A stretch of 63,682 nucleotides of DNA, from assembly GCF_001194135.2 (NCBI RefSeq), contig NC_068988.1, positions 91,508,543 to 91,572,224 on the forward strand, in the 5' to 3' direction. Below are positions 12,629 through 25,975 of this stretch, piece by piece. A program made the translations under genes and the position numbers. Positions within the stretch are counted from its first letter, which is position 1, and each line of letters starts with the position of its first letter. The DNA is from Octopus bimaculoides (Eukaryota). Under the pieces are notes generated by a model. The model was not told the DNA's origin. It made no database searches and saw nothing but the letters and a program-made list of their open reading frames with translations.

Positions 12629-14694
12629 CAAATTAAAAGGGTAAAGGTTTATCAATTTATTAATTTATTAATAAATCAACAATTAGTAATTTTTACCAAG
12701 CCCTTCGGTATGTAAGCACCATTATCGGTGGAGAACTTATTTAAAAGTTCATATATATTTATAAACATAATTAAGGGATCAGCAAACATTTGCTTCACCA
12801 CATACTGAAGTTCAGAAATAGCAGCTAAAAAAGCTGAGACTCCAACAGATATATATATATATATAATACATGACAGGCTTTTTTCAGTTTCTGTCTACCA
12901 AATCCACTCATAAGGCTTTGGTTAGCATGAGGCTATAGTAGAAAACATTTGACCAAGGTTCCACATGGTGGCACCGAACCCAGAACCATGTGATTGGGAA
13001 GCAAGCTTCTTTATTTCATATGATTTGCCACAAGGGCATTGCACAGAAGAAGCAGTTGCGGGCTAGACTGGTAAAGGAGAAACACTAGCACTCCCCAGGC
13101 TAAAGTAGGTCTTCACCCATATAAGGTGTTGTTTTCTGTTTGGTGGGATATGAAAAGTTTAATCCATTTTGAACTTTTAAACCTAAACCAAATAATAACA
13201 AAGGAGATCTACTGCGAGCAGCTTGAGCAGCTTAAGTCAGTGCTAGAAGGAAAATGACCATCTTTGGTTTCAAGACAAAAGGTGTTCTTCCATATAGTGA
13301 GGATGACATTCCAAAGGCTGGGGCAGTTTGAATAGGAAACGATGCCTCACCCATCATATTTGCCAGACATTGCCCCATCTGATTATCATTTATTCTGCAG
13401 TCTTCAAAATCATTTGGATGGCAAAAATATGAATTCTGTAGACGAGGTCATAACATTACTGGTTGAGTACTTTTTGTCACAGACAAGTGAATTTTGGAAG
13501 TGGAGCCTTGCAAGTCTACCAGATAGATGGAAGTGTATTGTAGAAAATGAAGGAGAGTATATTTTAAATTAAAAAAGAACTTTGTCTTATTTTTTAAAAA
13601 TAAAAGAAGTATAAAAGAAACCACATTATTTATGGGATGACCCAATACATTAAAAAAAAATAGTTATTATTATAATGCTGAATTGTTAGTACACCAGACA
13701 AAATGCTTAGCAGTATTTCGTCTGTCTTCAACATTCTGTGCCCAAATTCCACCAGGGTTGACTTTGCCTTTCATCCTTTCGGGGTCAGTAAAATAAGTAC
13801 CAGCTGACCACTGGGGTTGATGTAATCAACTTCTTCCTTCCCCCAAAATTTTAAGCCTTCTGCCTATAGTAGAAAGGATTATTATTATTATTATTATTAT
13901 CATTATGACAAAGACAGTAAGCTGGCAGAATCATTTGCATGTTAGACAAAATGCCAAGTAGTATTTCTTCTGGCTTTACATTTTGAGTTCAAATGCTGCC
14001 AAAATTAACTTTGCCTTTCATTCTTTTGGGGTGGATAAGTACCAGTAAAACACTGGGGTCAATGTAATCGACTAGTCCCCTCCCCACAAATTTTAGGCCT
14101 TGTGCCTAAAGTGGAAAGGTTTATTATTAATTATTATTATTATTATTACCTCCAGGCAAACACCGGCTTTTGACAGTGGTATCGCCTCAAGTGTTGATAT
14201 TCAAAAGCAGAGAAAAAAAACAGTTTTAGAGGTAGGTATTATAAAGTAAACATTAATAGATTGTTATTTATTAAATATTATTGCTTATTGCGATATTTAT
14301 ATAGTTGAGTGGCAAAGCTTGTAAAACATAGAAAATAAGTCCCTCATAATTATTATGGGACCTTTGATAGTAAAACTTTTCAGTCAACTGTAAATGATAT
14401 AATCTACTCTCTTATCTTCCATTATTCATGGGAATTACTCTTTAACTTTCCCTAAGTGAGAGAATTTACTATATTATTCTCATACCCTCTTGCATTGTGG
14501 GATTAGAGGGACAACACTGAAGACTTATACTTCAAGTAGTAGCCTTGGTGCCTCAGAACTAGCTAGTCTCATGCCACCTTCCAATATTGTGTCCATCCTA
14601 TTCCTAATTCGGTGAATGGAAGCTGGAAACCTGTAATGTGTGTGTGAGTTATCATCATCATCATTCAGTATCCATTTTCCATACTGGCATGGGT

Positions 14695-14726
<32 letters not shown>

Positions 14727-17700
14727 CCAGTTGAGTATTGGAGTCAATATAATCAACTAGTTCCCTCCCACCAAATTTCAGGCCTTGTGCCTAAAGTAGA
14801 AAGAAATTTATTTATTTTGAGTATGAGGAAGAAAGAGAAGTAATGTTCATAAGCATATTTAGACCCCACTAGGAGGAGTTGCTATGGTTAGTATACTTGT
14901 AGCTTCATATAGGGCAGAACGAGAGTAAAACACAATGAATATCAGAGGCGGGGGAGTAGCTGATAATCCAAATGAATTCAAGCAAGAGAGCAGTGGTAAA
15001 GTCAGCATATTCAGAGGAGCATAGGCCATTATCATGAGGGACAAGAGAATGGACCAATAATTGTGTAAAAGTAAGAAGCAATGGATTGGTTTTCATACTA
15101 CTGGAGGATTTTTTGGAGACTTTTCCCTTTCAGTTGTCTACTATGAGGACTGGGATGATGAGTAGTCATTCAGAGCAAGATGTCTGGACTATACTTTAGA
15201 TAAGGCCTATCACCACAAAATAGCCCCTGCTTCAGATCCCACTCCTCTCTAGACACAACTACTCTGCCAAACACATTTGCTGCTATTGAGTACTGACATT
15301 AGGAAAATTATTGTTAGTGGAATAAAACATTTAAGTCGACATTTAAATGATTTATATGAGATATATACTATGAGCATTCTACATATTCAGTGGAAAATCT
15401 GTTAACGATGTTATATTTTATGTAATAATAGCAATTATTTTGAACATAATGGCGGTGCCCCAGCATGGCCACAGCTCATGAGCTGAAACTAGATAAAATG
15501 AAAAATAAAAATGAAAAATAAGCACAAAGCCCTAAATTTGTTGGAAAGGGTCTAATAATGCATATCAACACTAGTACCTTATTTTAACTAACCTTGCAGG
15601 ATGAAAAATAAAGTTAAAAATAAGATTTTAACTCATTATATAGAGACATAACAGCATTTAGGGTGTCATTTTACTGTTTTTTTTTTTTTTTTTTTTTTTT
15701 TTNNNNNNNNNNTTTTTTTTTTTGTTTTTTTTTTTTCATCCATTGTCATTAATAGTGATTTGTAACATAAGCCGAGGGTCAGAAACTGGAAAGAAATATA
15801 TAGTAGTAGCTCATATCAACGTCAATATATTACAGGTATTTATTTTATCAAGCTGGCACGATAAAAAAATAATGGGGAAATAATGGTAATATAAGACTGT
15901 CCTAAATTATTTTGTAATTACATTTAATGATTAGATTTTGATTTACCTGTCATTTCTTCTATTTTCTTTCAGAAAACTGTTATAAAAATAGCTCCTTCTT
16001 CAACAAAGGATGTCAGTATAAGAGAAGATCCTTCATTCATATGTAAGCTTTTTGATTGTTGTTGTTTTCATAACATTGTGTTATAATAATAGCTTAGTTG
16101 TTCAGTTTCCTTATTGCTGTAATTTCAAATTTAATATTTCAATTTTCAATACCTTTAAATGGATGATAAAATATGGTATACACTTCTATATTCAATTATT
16201 GTCACACATACTACATATGCATGCACACACACGTTGGCCAATGTGTCATACATGTTTAACTGCAATGAGTGAGTGTGTCGTGAAATCTTATGAAACTTTG
16301 TTAAATGTCCTGTCCAATTAAATAATACATGGTTTAAATTTTCTGCTGTTTTGTCAACACAGTTTATTTTTTCAGATTTCACAATCTAGAAAATTCCCAA
16401 GAATCATTTACCACTTTACTTTTGTTCTCTAGATCATTCTTTGATACAGAAAAATTCTGAATTGAAGTCCAGTAATATTGATAAAATCAAAGAAATAAAT
16501 AATGATGTTTTGAAAGAAGTAACAAAGGTCACTGAATCTAAACAGACTGCTGTAGAGAATTTATCTACAGCAGATAATAGAATGAAAACTAAGAGGCCAG
16601 TTAAGAAAACGTTTTTCCATTTCATAAGTTCTGATAGTGATGCTAATTCTAACAACAATAAAACCATACCTTCAAAATACTCCACCATCACAGAAGAAAA
16701 TCTCAAGAAATTTAACCAGCAAAGAGACAAGTCATTGGTTAATAATTTAAATGCTAGAATTAAAGGCTTTGTGAAATCTTCATGTGAGACTGTTTTCCAA
16801 GACATTGACAATGTTGACAAGAACCAGACTATGAAAGAAGATGAAATATTGAAGGATCCTCATCATTTTTCCACACTTCACAAATCAAGGAATCTTGATG
16901 TTGATTTAACAAATGACAAAAGTCCTAAAACTACAAGTAATACTTCTGACCATAATAATAATAATAATAATAATGATAATAATGACAATGACCTATCAAA
17001 TAAGTCATCGGCATCTAGTAACTTATCTAGTCCTGTTACTGATCCTACAATGAGGAAAAAATCACCAGAAAATACAAATCAACAACAGAAAGTTGCTAGT
17101 CCAGAGAAAATGGCACAATCAACAGAAGGGGACCAACTAGTGAACCCCAAAACTGCCCATAATAGTTCTAAGTTCCAAACCAATTCGAAACACCAATCAA
17201 AAACAAAACGCAATATTCCAAAAGGATCCCTCTCTTATTTCTCTGCTCAACCACCAAAGGAAGCACATAGAAAATCTGAAGGTAGCCGAAGCCCAAGTTT
17301 TAAACTATTTGAACAGACTCCACCTCATCAAGCACGACACAAGGCAAAAAGAAATTACAGATCAAATAAACAAGCAAATTTATCTAAGCTTTATGACCCT
17401 TACGATTTTGACAATATCAGTAATAGCTCTTCTAATGTTAAACAGTCTATCAGAAGTTTATCTCCAGTCATTTCAGAAAAACGTAAATTTTTCAAGACTA
17501 GGCAGAATACTAAAGCAAGCAATTTTTCAAACTACTTAGATATCACCAAAAGATCAAAACCAATTAAAGAATCTGAAAGTTTTCTGCCATCTACTGCTTC
17601 CAAGAAAACCAAACAATCTTTAAACAAAAAGCATGAAACTTCAAATCAGACATCTAAATCTGTTACTTTAAATCAAACATTAAAATATGTTACTTCAAAT

Positions 17701-20700
17701 CAGACACCAAAATCTGTCTTAGATGAATTTAACAAAGACCAGTCCAATGAAACACACTTTAATCTCTTAACTCCTGGACGTCAGGGTTTAAATAACAAAC
17801 AACGTGATGGTTCGGAAAGAAGTGACAAAACTTCCAAGAAAGTTTCGAGCATCTCAGTTAATTCTAAGGTAAGGGATAATATTTTCTCTAGATTTAATCT
17901 CTGTAATAGCAATGATAATGATTACTTAAGTTAGTATAGAATAGCTTTGCAGCTCTGTTACTGATGTAAATTTAATGCTTATTGTATTTCTTTTATTGCT
18001 GAAAACATTTTCTTTTTACATTTCCATTGATTCAACTTTAGCTGTTCATCATTTTCAACACATGAACTGGGACAACTGCAGAAACAAGAAAATATTGAAA
18101 TTAATCTCATTGACATAACAATTCTCACTAATATTCTGTTGCTTTTATGATGTTATGTTATTACTGTGTGGCCCTCCCCAGCCTGTTTCAATCCTGATCG
18201 AACTGATCTATGGCACATAGGTGGTCTGTCTATGTGTAGCCTGCAAATCTAACATTTCAGGCATTTACATGATTCAAAAACATTGCATGTGTCAATTCCA
18301 TATTTCTAAGCATTTTGCCCTAATATGTGTATATGTATATGTGTGTGGTGTGTATATATATATATATATAAGATAGTAGGAAATGTCTAATGGCGATATG
18401 GTTGTTATTTTTAGCAAGTCAAATGACAACATATTATTCATTAAATAGAAACTTAAGATAATTTTTACTGTTGTTACTCTGCAACTCGTCTCTCACTCTC
18501 AAATTTTTAATCAGCCCTGGTCGCTGTTCAAGATTCTTTTCGGTTTCTCTGCACCCATCACACTCCCTACCTACACACACTATCATATTTCTGAAGTTTC
18601 TAAAAGTTGAAATGAAGACATTAATTACTGTAGATTTTAAAAAGATTATTGTTATTTTAACAGCCAATCTCATCTTTTGCTTGTTTCAGACATTGGAGTG
18701 CAGCTTAGCTGGGGCACTACCTTGAAGGGTTTTAGTTGATCAAATCAACCTCAGTACATATTTTAAGTCTGATACTTATTCTATTGGTTTCTTTTTCCAA
18801 ACAGCTAAGGAACATAAACAAACCAATACTGGTTGTCGAGTTGTGGCAAGGGACTAAAACAAATACAAAGACACACACACATACTACAAAGATACACACA
18901 TATACACAATGGGCTACCACACAGTTACTATCTACCATATTCACTCACAGGGCATTGCTCAGCCTGAGGCTATAGTAGAAGACACTTGCCCAAGGTGCTG
19001 CTCTGTGGGACTGAAGTGAAAGCCATGTGGTTACAAAGCAATCTTTTTAACCATACAGCTATGCCTAAACAACTTTACAAAATAGTCAAGTATTGTGTTG
19101 GCACTCCGTCGCTTACGACGTCGAGGGTTCCAGTTGATCCGACCAACGGAACAACCTGCTCGTGAAATTAACGTGCAAGTGGCTGAGCACTCCACAGACA
19201 CGTGTACCCTTAACATAGTTCTCGGGGATATTCAGCGTGACACAGTGGGACAAGGCTGGCCCTTTGAATTACAGGTACAACAGAAACAGGAAGAAAGATT
19301 GAGAGAAAGTTGTGGTGGAAGAGTACAGCAGGGTTCGCCACCATCCCCTGCCGGAGTCTCGTTGAGCTTTTAGGTGTTTTCGCTCAATAAACACTCACAA
19401 CGCCCGGTCTGGGAATCGAAACCGCGATCCTATGACCGCGAATCCGCTGCCCTAACCACTGGGCCATTGCGCCTCCACTGTCAGGTATTGTACTAACAGA
19501 TTAAATCTGAACTGACACCAACTAAACTAGGAAATGATACCATCTTCTTAATTCATCAGTGTTATATATTTAATTACTATCTAAGCATGTTTTCCCTCAT
19601 CTCTCAAACTTCATCCATCTCATCTCCATCTCAGACTATTCAGGTAACATATTCTCCTTTCCCAACTCTCACACCTGTAGGAAGAGTACATTAAATAATG
19701 TAATCCTAGATACATAATATATGGATAAAAGACATGTTGATTATACTGGAATGTCTTTGATCAGAGACGTACTTACAACAACAAAACTGAAACAGTAGTA
19801 CTGTAGTGGTATAAATAAGATATATTGTCAGAGACGCCTCTAATGACACAATAGATCAAGGTACTCATTTGCTTTCACTACTTTTAACCTCTTATTGTTT
19901 GCTATTGAAATTCAAGTATTCGGTATTTTGTTTATTCCCTAGATCTATGGTCATGTTTCTTACTATAATAACATTTAATTCATTTCTGTCCTTTGACTAC
20001 TTTTTTCTAAATTTGTTTCTTTAACATAAAGACAGCAGCCAATAATGCACGACTAACTCGTAAGCGGAAACCTGTTAATTATAAAGAAGCTGATACTAGG
20101 TAAGTTGTGTAAGGATATTAACATCATGACTTGGAGTAAAGAGCCAACAGGATAGGGTTTATAACCAATTATATAGTTTGTTAGTTTCTTATTACTATTG
20201 AAATTTATGAATTACCTTAAGGAGAAAAAACACTTAATTCTTACATGTCTCTTTTTATCTAACTGTGTGGTATTAATTACATGTTCTTCTAGAAATGTTA
20301 GCTCCGATAGAATGACACCTTATTCAAAGAAAGATTTACTGCTTGCTCATTTAACCCTTCTGAAGTTTGAGCTGAAGACCAGCTTTGTAAGTCTTTGTGA
20401 CTCGTGAAGATATTGTTATTATTATCATTATTAAGATGACATGCCAGCAGAATCACTAGTACATCGAACAAAATGTTTCACAGAATTTCTTCCAGCTTTA
20501 TATTGTGAGTTCCAACTCCATTGAGGTCAACTGTACCTTTCATCTTCTTGGAGTCAATAAAATAAGTACAAGTTAAACACTGGGTTGTTGTTATCAACTA
20601 ATCCCCTCTCTTTTGGGGAAATGGTGAGAGCATTGGTATAGGAGAAGGAGTTGTGTCCGTTACTTTCACAGGTATTCCCAGACCAGTGAGAGTGACTCAG

Positions 20701-23700
20701 TTAACATTACTTTTGAACTGTTGCAAGTTGACAGTTGTAAGGAAAACATACACACAACAGGAATTCTAGAGGGCTGATGTTCTGGGAATGAAGCAAATGA
20801 TTAGTGTGGGTCAGAAGTGATTGAAGTGTGATGACATTTTGGAGTAAGTGTATGAATGTGATGGGTTATACAAAGTGAAATAGGATGGTAAGGCTACTGA
20901 AGCTGTGATAAAAAAAAAAAAAAACAGAGAAAGGAGACAGCATGTTTGTGGGTCAGAGGTTTGTGTGTGTTGATAAACAACTATGTGTCAATCATTCCGG
21001 TAACGTTTCTTTGAATGGAGTTAGGGCTTGTGATTGATAGTAGTGGGCTGAAGTATTTTCTAGATCTGAGGAAGAAGTCTAGTCTTCTGGGTATAGTCTT
21101 TGCTATATTGAGTATGTGCACTTGTTAAGTGAGACCCTCAGTCACGATAAGGCCTAAGCGTTTATAGCATTTTGACATACTGATGAAAGTAGACAGTGTT
21201 ATGATTAAAACTGGCAATCACTTGTAGAACTAGAATATCAGTGGCACAATAAAAATCACCTAGTGCAATATTCCCATGAACTTCTTCAGCATTTAACAAA
21301 ATGGGAATATGAATTCATACTGAAGATAATTACCAATGCCATATATATATATGTTTTTAGATATTATGTGTGGGTCTATATGTGTGTGTGTATGTATATA
21401 TATATATATATATATATCGTCAACAACATCAGTTTACATTTGTTATCCATAGAAGTTAGCTTATATTCAGAATTATTGCTCTCCTTTATTTGAATGAAAG
21501 ACCAAGAAAGAAGTGGCTAAGTCTGACTTCAGGATGCTGAATGACCAGAGAAGCCTATAGCTTTGAAATTCGTATTATGGAGTTATCTTTGATTTGGAAA
21601 TTAAAAAAGAAAAAAAAAAAACATTGAAAAGAGAATTTATCATTTTACTTCAATAAATGTTTTAATGTTATAAACATTAAATATGATACAGAAATCTTAA
21701 TATTGTAGGCTGTCAGTCTATTGGTAATGCATCTCTATTGCAAAGGAGAAAATTGTCTTACCAGGAGTCAGTTCTATTATGTTCTGTTTTTTTTTCATTA
21801 GTGACAGGAATGAAGTATGTAATCTTTGTGCCCTTCTTTAATTCAATTTCCTTCCTTTTTCTTTTATTTCAACCATACAACCCATAATATCTTTATGAAG
21901 ATGCAATTTCAGTTGTGTTGGATCTATTCATTGTGGAGTCACCAAAGTTCTCGGGGATCTATTACATTAACTTTACTTTACATTATTTGCTTTCAGTGAA
22001 AGAAAAGGTATGGAAATGTATGTAATGAAATTATTTATAAAAATGTCTTTTCTTCTGGTTAAATCAAAATTGTTTATATCATTATTATTTAATTTAGTTA
22101 ATTTATTATTGCATAAAAACTTATTTTGCTTTTATATTCATAAAGCTCTGAAGATCAAATTAATGATGATGAGGTAAGTGTTTCTTAGTTTAACAAACAA
22201 TGTTTATTTAACAAGATAGAAATATAAAACCCATAGACCTGTGGGTCAAGGGATGGAAGTTAAAATATTCACACATTTCTAAGGGATTTAAATGAGAAAT
22301 TAAAATTGGAGTGTAGTTTCATCTATCAATAATAGCCGTAATAGATGAATTAATATATATTGAATTATTATAAGCTGTTTCTGTTGTGGTGATGGTGATA
22401 GTGGTAATTTTGTAGGACTCCACCCCAAAAGACCATCAAAACATTAATAGCACCAATCTTTCTTTAGGGCTAAATGCGCCATATAGAAAGAAGCTGAGTT
22501 AACTGATGTAAGTTGCAAAGACACTATTTATGCTTGTGTATGCACATGTGCATTTATATACACAAGATTTTTTGAGGTCATTTGTATGAATTTCGAAAAA
22601 AACACATAGCTCTTCAAAGAAAAACTGTATTTGAAAACAGATTGGTACAAATAATCTTGAGAAGACTTTTATCACACCTATTTAATGAATCCATTGTTAG
22701 CATCAGTGACTACTTCAATACAGGCTCAGAAATATTTACATACCCGAAGCAGATGATCTTTATCAAATGTTAGACGTAATGTTGGTTTTGGTGAACTTGA
22801 GAGATTATATGGTGTTGGGGGGGGGGGGCGATTAACATCTCTCTCATCTACACTCCATATGTGGAGTGAGGTCTGGGAGAATATGATCATGGAGATTAGC
22901 TTGCATACACACCTGGGTTGTCCTAACCTTATGAGACAGTTCAGAAGCTTGTTGAAAGACGTACAGTCTTCCGTTGCATACTCTCTCTACCCAGGGTTTC
23001 ACAACTTTGTCTAACACCTCTCTGTAAACAGAAGCCTTCACTCTTAAGCATTATGTAAGAAAGTGAGGAGGTATAGCATCTCACTCGTTACTGACAACTC
23101 CCAAAACCATCACATTTGCTGAGAACTTAGTATGCATGACCACTAGAATATCATGCAGGCCTTTGAAGTGTCATCAGTCATTTCTTCATTTACCTTTTGT
23201 TCCTGACTGACATTTCTCTTATCATAGAAAAACACCAAGGAGCATTCCAGCCCCTTGGTATTTCAACTTGTTTAGCAGTACAACTTGTACTCGATGTCCT
23301 CAAGCACAGCTTTTCTGATGGTACTTTCTGAAACCTTGAGGTCCTTTGCAATGGTTCTGATTCACTTTCTAGATTTTTTTATCAATTATTTCTTGGAATT
23401 TTTGTACATAGTAATGTGTTCTCATAGTATTAGGACCTTGTGCATGTGTTTTGCATTTAGCTGCTAATTTTGGATCCCCATTAGCAGCTTCCAGCACCTT
23501 TCAAATTTTGACAATGAAGAATCGGGGAACTTTCATGAAGCAAGCTATCTCTGTATCACAGTGCTATGCTTCTAAGGCAATGGTTACAGCTTACCTTTTC
23601 ATTCACTGAGTCAACTTGATGTCTGACATTATTTACCAAAAATGTAAGGTACAAAAGAAGTCAGTTAGAATTCTTGAAAGAAGTGTCCTTAAAAAACTGA

Positions 23701-25922
23701 TGCACTCTGTGTAATATATAATACACATATACAGAGGGAGATACTATCCACTGATGAAGGTAACAATGACACTATGTAAGTGTGTGTGTGCATGCGCACA
23801 CGCACACACTGGAGTAATGTTCATATCATAATTGTAATGCAGTAAAAACTGTCTAAAATTGATGTGTTACATAGTTATACTATACCAAACCACAGTATTT
23901 CCATTAAATGAAGTTCATAGAAGAGCCAGATATGTGTTATAGCAGAAACATAAAGAAATATAACTTTTGAAGTCCAGAAAGTTCAAGAGTATTGTGGATT
24001 TCAAATCAATTTCACAGATTCGAGATGCATCTCAATACATAAACACATGTATATTAAGAATGGTTGTAGCCTAGCACACTTGAGTTACCTAAACTATTTC
24101 TTTTTTTTAATAGTTTAGTCAGAGAAGGAAGGGTTAGTACCCATGATGTTTTTCAGGATCTGTAGGATAGAGATTAAGGTTGACTCCATTAAGACCTGGT
24201 CTTAATGGAGTCAACCTTGCTAAAAGCACTCAAGCATCATCATCATCATCTTGCTTGAATGCAATACTGGTCAGTGCCAGAGAGAGTGACCTCTACATAT
24301 ACCTAGTAGGCTGTAGATAAGGAGGTGAGTGATTTGTGTTTGATAGAGGAACAGGATGTTTGTGATGGGAGAGGCAGCTTGGACCAGATTCCACAAATAT
24401 TTTAGGGAAAAAACAAGAGTTGTTCATATTTATAATTTTTGGACTGAGAGAAGAAGAGGTGGTGACCACTACTTGACCCCTTTATTTTGGTGACTTTGGA
24501 TGCACTTATCAATATCTTGTACTTGCTGAGAGACTAGTCATGAACTGAGGGGAGAAGAGAACAGAGGATTATATGCCAGGCTTTTATCTATGAGTCCTGT
24601 TTCTTGCACTATCTGGCAGCAAGCTTCTTCTGGAAAATGCTTCCCACCAAACAAATTATGCCTGAGAAAGAACCATGGGAATTGACACATCAAGAGTTCA
24701 TTATATACTCCTGTCAGAAACCTAATCCGAGTGCTTGTAACTCTGCTAGAGACATTCATGGGTCATTTGTTGTTTAACTGGGTGTATTGTTGAGGCTACC
24801 AGTTTACTTCTCCCAATATATATATATATATATATATATTTATTTATATATATATATATATATATTATTATTATATATATATATATTTATATATTATTAT
24901 ATATTATATTATTATTATATTATATTATTATATTATTATTATATTATTATATATTATATTATATTATTATATTTATATATTATTATATTATTTTATTATA
25001 TTATATTATATTATATTATTATATTGTTATATATTATATTATATTATATTATTATATTATATATATTATAATATTTATATATTATTATATATATTTATAT
25101 ATTATATTATTATATATTATATTATATTATATATATTATTATATTTATATATTATTATATATATTATTATATTGTTATATATTATATTATTATATATTAT
25201 ATTATATTATTATATTAAATTATATTATATTATATTATTATATTAAATTATATTATATTATATTATTATATTATATATATTATTATATTTATATATTATT
25301 ATATATATATTTATATATTATATATATTTGTATATATTTATATTCCATGAAAATCTTGTATCTGATTCATTTGCAAGGTCTCTGTCGGTTATGTATTAGT
25401 TATATGTGTAGAATACTGTTTTTTTACACCAAGATGTATCCTTTGCTCACTTTGTAATAAACCTCTGATATATGTTCTAGTCTGTTGTTAGCAGTAGGTC
25501 AGAAGCCAGCATGCCACAAAAGATACTGAAAACAGTCACAAGAGAAGGTCAATCAAAACACAAGAGTGTATCTCCAGTCAGTTCTGAACATTTTTCCAGT
25601 TATCAAAAACAATCTCTCAACTCAAAACAGAAAGCACAACCACTCTCCAAGCAACTGAATCAAGTAAGTGTTTTTGTTATAATTATTATTATTAAGGCAG
25701 CGAGCTGGCAGAATTGTTAACAATTCAGGAAAAATACTTAGTAGTATTTCATCTGTCTTCACATGCTGAGTTCAAATTCTGCTTAGGTCAACTTTACCTT
25801 TCATCTTCTCACAGTCAAAAAAATAAGTACCATTTGAGCACTAACGTTGATGTAATTGATTTACTCCCCCCCCCCAAACTTGCTGGCCTTATAACAAAGT
25901 TTGAAACCATTATTATTATTAT

Positions 25923-25975
<53 letters not shown>

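Noticed and set aside
20032-20099. Calling the gene shugoshin because of VNYKE
   Set aside because: The second half of the SGO motif is missing, the motif is mid-protein, and the coiled coil is C-terminal and Cor1-like; shugoshin has the opposite layout.
23745-23790. CTGATGA as a hammerhead core
   Set aside because: No stem II or GAAA follows.
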